The notes under the pieces were generated by a model that ran no database searches, was not told the DNA's origin, and worked only from the letters and a program-made list of their open reading frames with translations. 64,000 nt of DNA, taken from positions 3,801 through 67,800 of the forward strand of contig JAJEIH010000014.1 in NCBI GenBank assembly GCA_022827685.1. Reading direction: 5' to 3'. This stretch comes from Alphaproteobacteria bacterium (GTDB lineage Bacteria; Pseudomonadota; Alphaproteobacteria; Bin95). Every line of letters begins with the position of its first letter. Within the stretch, counting starts at the first letter, position 1. Of the stretch, positions 1-8,025 are shown in pieces. A program made the translations under genes and the position numbers.

Positions 1-674
1 ACGGGTCCGGGCCCGACAGGAACGCCATCGAGGGAATGGTCCGAGACTACCTGCTCAAGAACCCCGAGGTGATCGGGGAGGCCATACGCCTTCTCCGGGC
101 GAAGCGGCAGGAAGAGGAACGCAAGCGCGCCGAAGCCGCTATCCGGGAGAACGGCGAGGCGCTCCGCGCGCACCCGTTGTCGCCCGTCTCCGACAATACC
201 GGGGGCGATGTCACTGTGGTCGAGTTCTTCGACTATCGCTGCGGCTACTGCAAGCGCGCCCTGCCGGCGGTGGTGGCGCTGCTGAAGGAGGACGCGAATG
301 TGCGCGTCGTCTGGAAGGAGTTCCCGATACTCGGCCCGGTCTCGCTCTTCGCCGCCCGGGCGGCGATGGCGGCGGACCGGCAGGACAAATACTATCCCTT
401 CCACCTCGCGCTCATGAAGGAGCCGGAACTCAGCGAAGGCAAGGTGCTGGAGATTGCCGTCGGAACCGGGCTCGACCTGGAGCGGCTCCGGCGGGACATG
501 GAGGACCCGGCCATCCAGGCCTATCTCGACGAGACCCAGGCGCTGGCCCGCGAGATCGGCATCAGCGGTACGCCGGCTTTCGTGATCGGCAGCAGGCTGG
601 TGCCCGGCGTTGTCGACGCCGCCCGCCTGAAGGAACTCGTCGCCGCGGCGCGCGCGGGTGGAGGCCGGGGATGA
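1..674 (+). CDS. DsbA-family thiol:disulfide oxidoreductase (5' partial; frame is open to the window edge upstream of the first Met at 36)
   Basis: Thioredoxin-fold active site C-G-Y-C in FFDYRCGYCKR. DsbA-like helical insertion and C-terminal GTPAFVIG motif. No signal peptide after Met36 and the frame stays open to base 1, so the true start is upstream of the window. Confidence 0.75.
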   Translation, partial: GSGPDRNAIEGMVRDYLLKNPEVIGEAIRLLRAKRQEEERKRAEAAIRENGEALRAHPLSPVSDNTGGDVTVVEFFDYRCGYCKRALPAVVALLKEDANVRVVWKEFPILGPVSLFAARAAMAADRQDKYYPFHLALMKEPELSEGKVLEIAVGTGLDLERLRRDMEDPAIQAYLDETQALAREIGISGTPAFVIGSRLVPGVVDAARLKELVAAARAGGGRG

Positions 675-1375
675 AAATCGAAAGGCACAGGGAAGACCGG
701 ACCGTTCTGGTCTCGCCCTCCGGCCGGCTGGACGGAGCAGGCGCGCCGGCGCTCGAGGCGGAACTCTGCGATGCCGCCAGGCTGGGCGACCGGGTCGTGC
801 TCGACGGCCGCAGCCTCGACTATATCAGCAGCGCCGGGCTCCGTGCGCTTCTCATCGGCGCGAAGAGCTGCGTGCAGGAGGGCGGCGACCTCGCCGTCGC
901 CGCGCTCCAGCCCGAATGCCGGGCGGTCGTGGAAGCGAGCGGCCTCCTGTCCGTGCTCGATTACCATGAGACCCGCGAGGCGGCGCTTGCAGCCCCGTCC
1001 CGGTCCCGCGGGCCGGAGGCGGGCGAGGCCGAGCTGGAGATCGGGGAGCGCCGTGAGGAGGGCGTGGTGGTCCTCTCGCTGGTCGGGAGGCTGGACGGCG
1101 TCGGCGCCGCGGTACTGATGGAGTGCATCTCCGCCGCCATCGGGCGCGGCGCGGTCCGTCTGGTCCTGGACTGCGAGGGCATGAGCTATGTCAACAGCGC
1201 CGGGCTGCGATCCCTGCTGATCGGGGCCAAGGCTTGCCGGGAGGAAGGCGGCGCGCTGGTCATTGCCGCGCTCGCGCCGCAATGCCGTTCGGTCATGGCG
1301 ATGAGCGGCTTCCTTTCGGTCCTCGATTGCAGGGAAACGCGCGAAGAGGCGCTTGCCGCATCCTCCGGTCGTTGA
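671..1375 (+). CDS. Tandem STAS-domain protein (two SpoIIAA-like anti-sigma-factor-antagonist domains in one polypeptide)
   Basis: Internal duplication of ~110-aa units (LDYISSAGLRALLIGAK... / MSYVNSAGLRSLLIGAK...), each ending in a SVLD(Y/C)xETREEAL-like motif. ATGA start/stop overlap with the upstream dsbA-like gene. Confidence 0.65.
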   Translation: MKIERHREDRTVLVSPSGRLDGAGAPALEAELCDAARLGDRVVLDGRSLDYISSAGLRALLIGAKSCVQEGGDLAVAALQPECRAVVEASGLLSVLDYHETREAALAAPSRSRGPEAGEAELEIGERREEGVVVLSLVGRLDGVGAAVLMECISAAIGRGAVRLVLDCEGMSYVNSAGLRSLLIGAKACREEGGALVIAALAPQCRSVMAMSGFLSVLDCRETREEALAASSGR

Positions 1376-2055
1376 GCGGACCGGTCGCCGCCGAACCGGG
1401 GACCTGTCGGGAGGCAGGGGCCGGGGCGTCGTCGACGGACCCGGCTGTGGCGCAGCGTTTCCGACGACGATCACGAGTTCATGCTCGATGCCGCGATGTT
1501 CGACCGGATCGTGCCAGATCTGCTCAAGAAGGCGACGGGTGGGCACAACGCGGGCCGACGGCTGGCGTCGATCGAGGCATTGACGGGGCTCTTCCCGCCC
1601 GTAGGCCGGACGGTCCGGCGATGCAATTGCTTCCGCTCATCAAGGATCATTGCGAAAACCGCCGCCCTGAGGAGACGCTGGATCGGTTCCGGATGACTGC
1701 GGTGGGTTGGGCGGCCTATCGCGACGCTGCCGGCCAGTGAAGCGTGTCGCGCATCTGAGGCGGTATACACCCGCTCGCCGACGATATAACGGAACGGAGC
1801 ATGGGACGGCGGATCGGAGCCGGCGCTTTCCGATTGCGAGAGTTTACTTCGGCACGGCGTGCTGGCAGTGAACCGAACCGGGTTAAAGTTTGTCGTGCTC
1901 CGGCGGAGTGCTATCCCGTTGTACTGTTGGAGATACTCACTTTTTCTCACTTGAATCCTCCCTTAATTCCTCTCTATTGCGCTCCGGTATGCAGGCTTCA
2001 AACTGCTGCAACAATATTGTAGCGTGTGCAAAATAATTTGCAGTTTAATTTGTAA

Positions 2056-2101
2056 TTGGAGCAGATAATTTCACTACAAATAAATTAATTTGGAGCAGAT
2101 A
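2056..2101 (+). promoter_or_regulatory. Pair of 16-bp direct repeats (TAATTGGAGCAGATAA / TAATTTGGAGCAGATAT, 34 bp apart) in a ~200-bp AT-rich tract upstream of the adhesin gene
   Basis: Direct reading. The 1950-2150 tract is strongly AT-rich in an otherwise ~68% GC window. The repeats lie ~50-95 bp upstream of the adhesin start. Confidence 0.35.
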
Positions 2102-2148
2102 TTTGATATGCTTAAAGTGCATGGTCATGGCGTTATTTTGTCTCGAAG

Positions 2149-4548
2149 ATGGGGGTTGTTTTCATGCGCATTCGCTATCCCGGTTGGGGCAAGGAGGCGG
2201 CAGGCAAGTCCGACTGCAAGCCGCAGACGTCAAGGCGATACGATCCAGACAGGCGGGGGTTGCGGAAAGTTCGGTTGCAGCTGGCGGGATTGCCGACGCT
2301 GCTGTTCCTTTCGCTTGCGTTCTGGGCTCCTCCTCCGCTCGCCCCGGAAGTTATGGCGGCCGCCGGGAACGCCACCGGCAAGCCGGCCGTTTCGAGCGAC
2401 TCGATTGCCGGAAGGGGTTATCGGGCCACGGCGACGCTCGGCGATGTCGCAGACCGCGACGGGATCGATGCCGTGACGCTGAACTACACCTGGCTGCGAT
2501 GCAATGCGAACGGCTCCGGTTGCAACACCGAGATCGTGACGGGCGCGAGCTATACCCTGACCGAGGACGATGTCGGCTTGCGGCTCAGGCTGCGGCTCGA
2601 TTTTCTGGATGAGGATGGCGCGTCCGAATCGCTCACGAGCTTTCCCTGGCCTTCCCGCGCCAACAATCCGATCGGCACGCCGCCTGCGCCGGCCGCGCTG
2701 CAGGTGCTCGGGCACCGGCTGGACCTGACCTTCGACCATGACCTGCAGTCCGGCTCCGTTCCTCCGGCGAGCGCATTCGCGGTCGAGGTGGACGGCCAGG
2801 CGATGCCGGTTGTCGGGATTCACAAGTCTGGTGACCGCACTCTCCGCCTCACGCTGGCGCGGCGGGTGGCGCCGGACGCGACCGTGACAGTCGGCTATAC
2901 CCGGCCCTCCGGCGGGGAAGCGCAGGAAATACGAGGCCCCGGAGGGGTGCCGGCAGAGTCCTTCGCAGCCCTCGGCGTCAGCAATGTCACGCCCGAGAAC
3001 CAGGTCGCCGCGGGCGCGCCGGAGATAGAAGTCGTCAGCATTGCCGACAACGAGATTGTCCTGAGACTGCATGCGCCGGCGGACAATGGCGGTCTGACCG
3101 TCACCGGCTACCAGTACCGTTACGCCAGGGGGGCATCGGTGCCGGAGGCGACGGCATGGACCGACGCCGCGACGACGGCGGTCACGATTTCGGGCCTGCG
3201 CAACAGCACGGAATACACGGTCGAAGCACGGGCGGCGACCGGTCAGGGCACGGGTCCGGCGGCGAGCAGGGCGGCGACGACCACATCGCTTTCGCGCAAT
3301 GCTACCGGCAAGCCCGCCGTTTCGAGCGACTCGATTGCGGGGACGGGCCACCGGGCCACGGCGACGCTCGGCGATGTTGCGGATGCCGACGGGATCGATG
3401 CCGCGACGCTGAGCTACACCTGGCTGCGCTGCAATGCGGACGGCGACGATTGCGATACCGAGATCGCGACGGGGGCGAGCTACATCCTGACCGAAGACGA
3501 TGTCGGCTTGCGGCTCAGGCTGCGGGTCGATTACCTGGACGATGCGGGCACGTTCGAATCGCGCACGGGCTTTGCCTGGCCTTCCCGCACCGACAATCCG
3601 ATCCGCACGCCTCCTGCGCCGGCCACGCTGCAAGTGCTCGGGTACCGGCTGGACCTGGCCTTCGATCAAGACCTGAAGACCGGCTCCGTTCCTCCGGCGA
3701 GCGCATTCACGGTCGAGGTGGACGGCCAGGCGGTGGCGGTCGGTGATGTCGGCATGGCAGCCGCGCGCACCGTCCGCCTCACGCTGGCGCGGCGCGTGAC
3801 GCCGGACGGGACCGTGACGGTCGGCTATACCCGGCCTTCCGGCGGGGGCGTGCGGGAAATACAGGAGCCCGGAGGGGTGCCGGCAGAGTCCTTCACGGGC
3901 CGCAGCGTCAGCAATGTCACGCCCGTGAACCAGGCCGCCACGGGGGCGCCGGACATTTCCGGTACGGCGGAACTCGGCGAGACGCTGATCGCCGGCCCGG
4001 GCACCGTCGCCGACGCGAACGGGCTCTCGGGCGCCCGCATGTCCTACCAGTGGGTCCGCGTCGACGGGAACGGGGAGACGGACATAGCCGGGGCCACCGG
4101 CGGCTCCTATTCGGTGGGCGCGGACGATGCCGGCAAGCGCCTGAAGGTGAGAGCCTCCTTCGAAGACGACGCGCTCTATCCGGAAGCGCGCACCAGCGCG
4201 GCAACGGCGGTCGTGCCCGATACGGTCGGGCCGAGGCTGCTCGGCGGCGGCGCGACCGTCGCCGGCACGGTGCTGGAGTTGCAGTTCGACGAGCCGCTCG
4301 ACACGGCGTCCCGGCCGGCGGCGAGCGTCTTTGCGGTCAGCGTCGCAGGCTCGCCGGCGAGCGTGTCGGCTGTGGCGGTGAGCGGCGACACGGTGACGCT
4401 CACGCTCGCCTCGGCGGTGGGCCGGGGCGAGAGCGTGACGCTCGGCTACGGCGACGGCGACGCACTCGCGCTATTCGGATGCGGCAGCGGTCATCCGGTC
4501 TCTCGGTGTGGATCTCGCCGCTCCGGCGTTCCGTTCGGCGAGCGTTAA
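2149..4548 (+). CDS. Adhesin pseudogene fragment 1 (N-terminal; ends in an out-of-frame tail after the frameshift)
   Basis: ORF-track frame 1. Domain content as listed for the pseudogene. The last ~25 aa (LFGCGSGHPVSRCGSRRSGVPFGER) do not match the repeat pattern and are therefore read as out-of-frame tail. Confidence 0.7.
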   Translation: MGVVFMRIRYPGWGKEAAGKSDCKPQTSRRYDPDRRGLRKVRLQLAGLPTLLFLSLAFWAPPPLAPEVMAAAGNATGKPAVSSDSIAGRGYRATATLGDVADRDGIDAVTLNYTWLRCNANGSGCNTEIVTGASYTLTEDDVGLRLRLRLDFLDEDGASESLTSFPWPSRANNPIGTPPAPAALQVLGHRLDLTFDHDLQSGSVPPASAFAVEVDGQAMPVVGIHKSGDRTLRLTLARRVAPDATVTVGYTRPSGGEAQEIRGPGGVPAESFAALGVSNVTPENQVAAGAPEIEVVSIADNEIVLRLHAPADNGGLTVTGYQYRYARGASVPEATAWTDAATTAVTISGLRNSTEYTVEARAATGQGTGPAASRAATTTSLSRNATGKPAVSSDSIAGTGHRATATLGDVADADGIDAATLSYTWLRCNADGDDCDTEIATGASYILTEDDVGLRLRLRVDYLDDAGTFESRTGFAWPSRTDNPIRTPPAPATLQVLGYRLDLAFDQDLKTGSVPPASAFTVEVDGQAVAVGDVGMAAARTVRLTLARRVTPDGTVTVGYTRPSGGGVREIQEPGGVPAESFTGRSVSNVTPVNQAATGAPDISGTAELGETLIAGPGTVADANGLSGARMSYQWVRVDGNGETDIAGATGGSYSVGADDAGKRLKVRASFEDDALYPEARTSAATAVVPDTVGPRLLGGGATVAGTVLELQFDEPLDTASRPAASVFAVSVAGSPASVSAVAVSGDTVTLTLASAVGRGESVTLGYGDGDALALFGCGSGHPVSRCGSRRSGVPFGER

Positions 4549-5008
4549 CGGCGCCTCCCTGACCGTAACCTTCAGCGAACAGCTGGGCGCTGCCGCCTCG
4601 CTTGCGAATTCTTCCTTCTCGGTGAAGAAGACGCCCGCGGGCGGCCCCGCAGAGACGGTCGCGCTGAGCGCCGACGACGCCCCGGTCATCGACGGCGCCG
4701 CGGTGACGCTCACCCTTGCATCGGCGGTGGCGTCCACCGACAGCAGCATCGAGGTGAGCTACCGCAAGCCGGGGAGTGGCTCGGACAACAAGCTTGCCGA
4801 CAGCGCCGGCAACGAGGCGGCGAGCTTCGCGGACCGGGCGGTGACCAATGTTGGCATTTCGGTTGCGGGCACACCGAGGGTCACGGTTCCGAACGTGTTC
4901 CGGGTGCCGGCAAGGCTCGGCGTCGACCTGGGTTCCGTCAGGGGAACCGAAGGCCTTGGCGCGGCTCGTTATCAGTGGATCCGGGTGGATGCCGACGGCG
5001 CATCAAAC
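4442..5008 (+). CDS. Adhesin pseudogene fragment 2 (frame +1 relative to fragment 1; truncated at the IS left end)
   Basis: Frame 2 reads ...VDLAAPAFRSASVNGASLTVTFSEQLG...TLTLASAVASTDSSIEVSYRKPGSGSDNKLADSAGNEAASFADRAVTN...ARYQWIRVDADGAS. This parallels the module in the downstream fragment (TALTVTFSEELG...TLTLASAIVSTDSGIAVSYTAPDTGSGNRLADRFGNE...). Confidence 0.6.
5001..5008 (+). repeat. Target-site duplication, left copy (CATCAAAC)
   Basis: An identical 8-mer immediately flanks both inverted repeats of the IS (5001-5008 and 8018-8025). 8 bp is the duplication size expected for the IS1595 family. Confidence 0.7.
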
Positions 5009-5035
5009 GGGACTTATATACCAAAATGCCATTTT
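5009..5035 (+). repeat. IS left terminal inverted repeat (IRL)
   Basis: See mobile_element entry. Confidence 0.7.
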
Positions 5036-5039
5036 GTTG

Positions 5040-5068
5040 TTGACACTCGCCCCGGCCCGTCATACATT
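5040..5068 (+). promoter_or_regulatory. Sigma70-type promoter inside the IS left arm (TTGACA-17 bp-TACATT) driving the transposase operon; GGAGGG RBS at 5080-5085
   Basis: Consensus -35 hexamer, 17-bp spacer and a -10-like hexamer, 24 bp upstream of the transposase ATG. Confidence 0.45.
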
Positions 5069-5091
5069 AGTGCCAATACGGAGGGCGAGAC

Positions 5092-6084
5092 ATGGCACGC
5101 AAGGGACCGGGCAAGGCATTCAGGGAAGGCATCAGCCTCAAGGCGCTGATGCGAATGTTCCCGACCGACGATGCGGCGCGGGAGTGGTTTGAAGGGCATA
5201 TCTGGCCGCAGGGTCCGTATTGCCCGCGTTGCGGCAGCTTCAATGTCCAGTGCGGCATCAAGCACAAGACGATGACGCACCGCTGCCGCGACTGCGAAGG
5301 CAAGCCGCGTTTCAGCCTCAAGACCGGCAATGTCATGGAGGGTTCCAAGCTCGGCTACCAGACATGGGCCATCGCCTTCTATCTCGCCATGACCGGCTTG
5401 AAGGGCGTCTCGTCCATGAAGCTGCATCGGGACTTGGAGATTACGCAGAAATCGGCGTGGCACCTTTCGCACCGCATCCGCAAGGCGATGGAGAACGGCG
5501 AGGTTCCGATGTTCCACGGCCCGGCGGAAGCCGATGAGACCTACATCGGCGGCAAGCGCAAGAACATGAGCAACCGGAAGCGGAAAGAGCTGGCCGGGAC
5601 GGGTCGCGGGGCCGTGGGCAAGGCGGCCGTCGCGGGCGTGAAGGACCGGGAGACGAACAAGGTCGCGGCGCGGCGGATGGAAGAGACCGACGCGAGCGCG
5701 CTCCAGTCCTTTGTCCGGGAGCATGTCGAGCCGGGCGCAACGCTCTACACCGATGAAGCCGCCGCCTATGCGGGAATGCCCGAATACGACCATGAAGCGG
5801 TCAAGCACTCGGCCAAGGAGTTCGTGCGGGGCATGGCCTCGACGAATGGCATGGAGAGCTTCTGGGCCGGTCTCAAGCGCGGTTTCGTCGGCACTTTCCA
5901 CAAGTTCAGCGAAAAGCACTTGAGCCTGTATGTCGCGGAGTTCGCGGCCCGGCACAATATCCGCGACAAGGACACAATCGACATGATGGGCGCGGTTGCC
6001 CGGCGCGCAGTCGGAACCCGCCTCCGCTATCGTGACCTCATTGCCGACAATGGCCTGCCGTCCGGCGCAAGGCCCGCCGCATGA
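5092..6084 (+). CDS. IS1595-family (ISXO2-like) transposase
   Basis: N-terminal zinc ribbon (CPRCG...C..C), DDE-type ISXO2-like domain, and the conserved ...NGMESFWAGLKRG... motif typical of IS1595-family transposases. Confidence 0.85.
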   Translation: MARKGPGKAFREGISLKALMRMFPTDDAAREWFEGHIWPQGPYCPRCGSFNVQCGIKHKTMTHRCRDCEGKPRFSLKTGNVMEGSKLGYQTWAIAFYLAMTGLKGVSSMKLHRDLEITQKSAWHLSHRIRKAMENGEVPMFHGPAEADETYIGGKRKNMSNRKRKELAGTGRGAVGKAAVAGVKDRETNKVAARRMEETDASALQSFVREHVEPGATLYTDEAAAYAGMPEYDHEAVKHSAKEFVRGMASTNGMESFWAGLKRGFVGTFHKFSEKHLSLYVAEFAARHNIRDKDTIDMMGAVARRAVGTRLRYRDLIADNGLPSGARPAA

Positions 6085-7511
6085 CGGCCCCGAATTTCGC
6101 GTCCGGCACAGTCTGGACCGGCGACAACCTCCCCATCCTTCGCGGCATGAATTCGGAGTGCGTGGACCTCATCTATCTGGACCCGCCCTTCAACAGCAAT
6201 CGGGACTATGCCGCCCCGATTGGGAGCGAAGCGGCCGGGGCAGCGTTCAAGGACACTTGGACGCTCTCCGATGTTGATGTGCATGAGCATGGGGAGCTTG
6301 CCGACAGGAATCCGGCCGCATACGCGGTGATCGAGGCCGCCCGGCAGGCGCACGGCAAAGGGATGCAGGCATATTGCATCATGATGGCGGTGCGCCTCAT
6401 GGAAATGCGCCGAGTGCTCAAGCCTACGGGCGCGATCTACCTCCATTGCGACCCGACGGCCGCCCACTACCTCAAGCTGCTGCTCGACGGGATATTCGGG
6501 CGCGGCAATTTCCAAGCGGCAATCACATGGCGGCGCACCTACGCGCACAATGACAAGATGTTCGGCAGCCTGTCCGAACAGATCCTCTGGTATGGCAATG
6601 GCGATGGGATCACGCGGAACATTGATGCTGTCGTGGTCCCGTTTTCAGCCGACGAACTCAAGAAGAAATATCCGCACCGGGATAAACGCGGGCAGCATTT
6701 ACGCGACAATCTCATGGGGCCGGGAACAACGGACGGGGAAAGCGGCAGGGCATGGAAGGGCTGCGACCCTACGGAATACGGAAGATGCTGGAGCGCGCCG
6801 AAGACCGGCAAATACGCCCGCTATCTCAACGAAGTGCTGTTGCCCGGCTATCTGGCAATCGAGGGCGTCCATGACCGGCTGAATGCACTGGACGACGCGG
6901 GCTTTATCCACTGGACGAACACCGGCGTTCCGCTGCTCAAGCGGTATGTCATGCCGGGACAGGGGACGGTTCCAGGCGACATATGGACGGACGTTCCGCC
7001 GCTGTCGCGCTCCACAAAGGAACGGACGGGCTATCCGACGCAGAAACCGCTCGCCCTGCTTGAGCGCATCATCCGGGCGTCGAGCAATCCCGGCGGCCTG
7101 GTGCTCGACCCGTTCTGCGGTTGTGCAACGGCCCTGGTGGCGGCGGACAGGCTGCAACGGCAGTGGGCGGGGGTCGACCTGTCGCCGCTCGCCGTGAAGC
7201 TGGTGGACGAGCGGATCGCCGGGGACCGCGGCCTGTGGGGCGGTGCGACCGTCCCTGACGCCCCGCCAGTGCGAACCGACCTTGGCGAGCTTCCGAACTA
7301 CCGCACGCACCGGCATCGGCTCTATGGCGAGCAGGAGGGCGTATGCGTCGGGTGCGAGACGCATTTCCCGTTCCGCGTCATGGAGGTGGACCACATTCTG
7401 CCCCGGTCGCGCGGCGGGACCGACCATGCCGACAACCTTCAACTGCTCTGTTCCGGCTGCAACCGCAGCAAGGGCGGGCGCACAATGGCCGAATGGAGGG
7501 CCGCAACATGA
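6081..7511 (+). CDS. DNA methyltransferase (beta-class N6-adenine/N4-cytosine type) fused to a C-terminal HNH endonuclease domain; IS passenger gene
   Basis: Motif IV DPPF (LIYLDPPFNSN) near the N-terminus precedes motif I FxGxG (LVLDPFCGCATALVAA), which is the beta-class order. The C-terminal ~70 aa carry an HNH signature (CVGCE...HILPRSRGGTDHADNLQLLCSGCNRSKG). ATGA overlap with the transposase stop. Confidence 0.85.
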   Translation: MTAPNFASGTVWTGDNLPILRGMNSECVDLIYLDPPFNSNRDYAAPIGSEAAGAAFKDTWTLSDVDVHEHGELADRNPAAYAVIEAARQAHGKGMQAYCIMMAVRLMEMRRVLKPTGAIYLHCDPTAAHYLKLLLDGIFGRGNFQAAITWRRTYAHNDKMFGSLSEQILWYGNGDGITRNIDAVVVPFSADELKKKYPHRDKRGQHLRDNLMGPGTTDGESGRAWKGCDPTEYGRCWSAPKTGKYARYLNEVLLPGYLAIEGVHDRLNALDDAGFIHWTNTGVPLLKRYVMPGQGTVPGDIWTDVPPLSRSTKERTGYPTQKPLALLERIIRASSNPGGLVLDPFCGCATALVAADRLQRQWAGVDLSPLAVKLVDERIAGDRGLWGGATVPDAPPVRTDLGELPNYRTHRHRLYGEQEGVCVGCETHFPFRVMEVDHILPRSRGGTDHADNLQLLCSGCNRSKGGRTMAEWRAAT

Positions 7512-7696
7512 CCGACAAGCCGCCCTTTGAGCGCCGGGAGCTTCGCGTGAAGCCGAACCGATACCAGCCGACCAAGGCGGAGGTGGAGGAAGTCTTCACG
7601 CCGCCGCGCAAGGCCGACGGCACGGCCTACACCGTCAACGAGGCCGTGCGGACACTCCTGCGGCCCGTGACGGTCGTGGAAGACCCGAAGGCATAG
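7508..7696 (+). CDS. Small hypothetical protein (62 aa; MTDKPPFERRELRVKPNRYQPTKAEVEEVFTPP...), third gene of the IS operon
   Basis: ATGA overlap with the methyltransferase-HNH stop (translational coupling). No recognisable domain. Confidence 0.4.
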   Translation: MTDKPPFERRELRVKPNRYQPTKAEVEEVFTPPRKADGTAYTVNEAVRTLLRPVTVVEDPKA

Positions 7697-7912
7697 CGGG
7701 GCGGCTCTTTGTCGGTGGAGACCGCCTATGCGCCTTCACGCGCACAGTCTTCGGCCCCGGCTTCTTCGCGGTTCGGACGGGTTTGCAGCGGGTCTTGGCC
7801 ATGCCAGCCTCCGGCTTGCGAGCGGAGGCCGATTGACGCTACGGTTCGGGCGGCGGTATCCTTCGCCCTTAGCGCGCTGTCCGCATCGGCCCTCCAAGGA
7901 CTTGCGGAGCCT

Positions 7913-7941
7913 CGCCCCGGTCGTTTGCCGCGACCGGGGCG
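7913..7941 (+). terminator. Perfect 11-bp GC-rich hairpin (CGCCCCGGTCG-N7-CGACCGGGGCG) in the noncoding right arm of the IS; possible terminator or RNA-stabilising structure
   Basis: Inverted repeat read directly from the sequence. No U-tract, so intrinsic-terminator function is uncertain. Confidence 0.3.
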
Positions 7942-7990
7942 AAGTGCATCTAGGCCGGACTATCGCCGATTCGGTCTATGTCGTCAAGCG

Positions 7991-8017
7991 AAAGTGGCAC
8001 TTTCGTATATAATCCCC
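7991..8017 (+). repeat. IS right terminal inverted repeat (IRR)
   Basis: See mobile_element entry. Confidence 0.7.
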
Positions 8018-8025
8018 CATCAAAC
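8018..8025 (+). repeat. Target-site duplication, right copy (CATCAAAC)
   Basis: See the left-copy entry. Confidence 0.7.

Larger units (their letters stand above)
5009..8017 (+). mobile_element. IS1595-family insertion sequence carrying passenger genes (transporter IS, ~3.0 kb): transposase + methyltransferase-HNH + small ORF
   Basis: Imperfect terminal inverted repeats: IRL GGGACTTATATACCAAAATGCCATTTT (5009-5035); reverse complement of IRR GGGGATTATATACGAAAGTGCCACTTT (7991-8017), 22/27 matches. 8-bp target duplication. IS1595/ISXO2-type transposase ORF. The insertion interrupts the adhesin ORF, and precise excision restores the frame. Confidence 0.8.

Noticed and set aside
521-1546. 341-aa - strand ORF
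   Set aside because: Antisense to the dsbA-like and STAS genes.
1376-1950. Small ORFs (159 aa on -, 71/205 aa on +) between the STAS gene and the AT-rich tract
   Set aside because: No recognisable domains, mutually overlapping, weak start contexts. Left unannotated rather than called.
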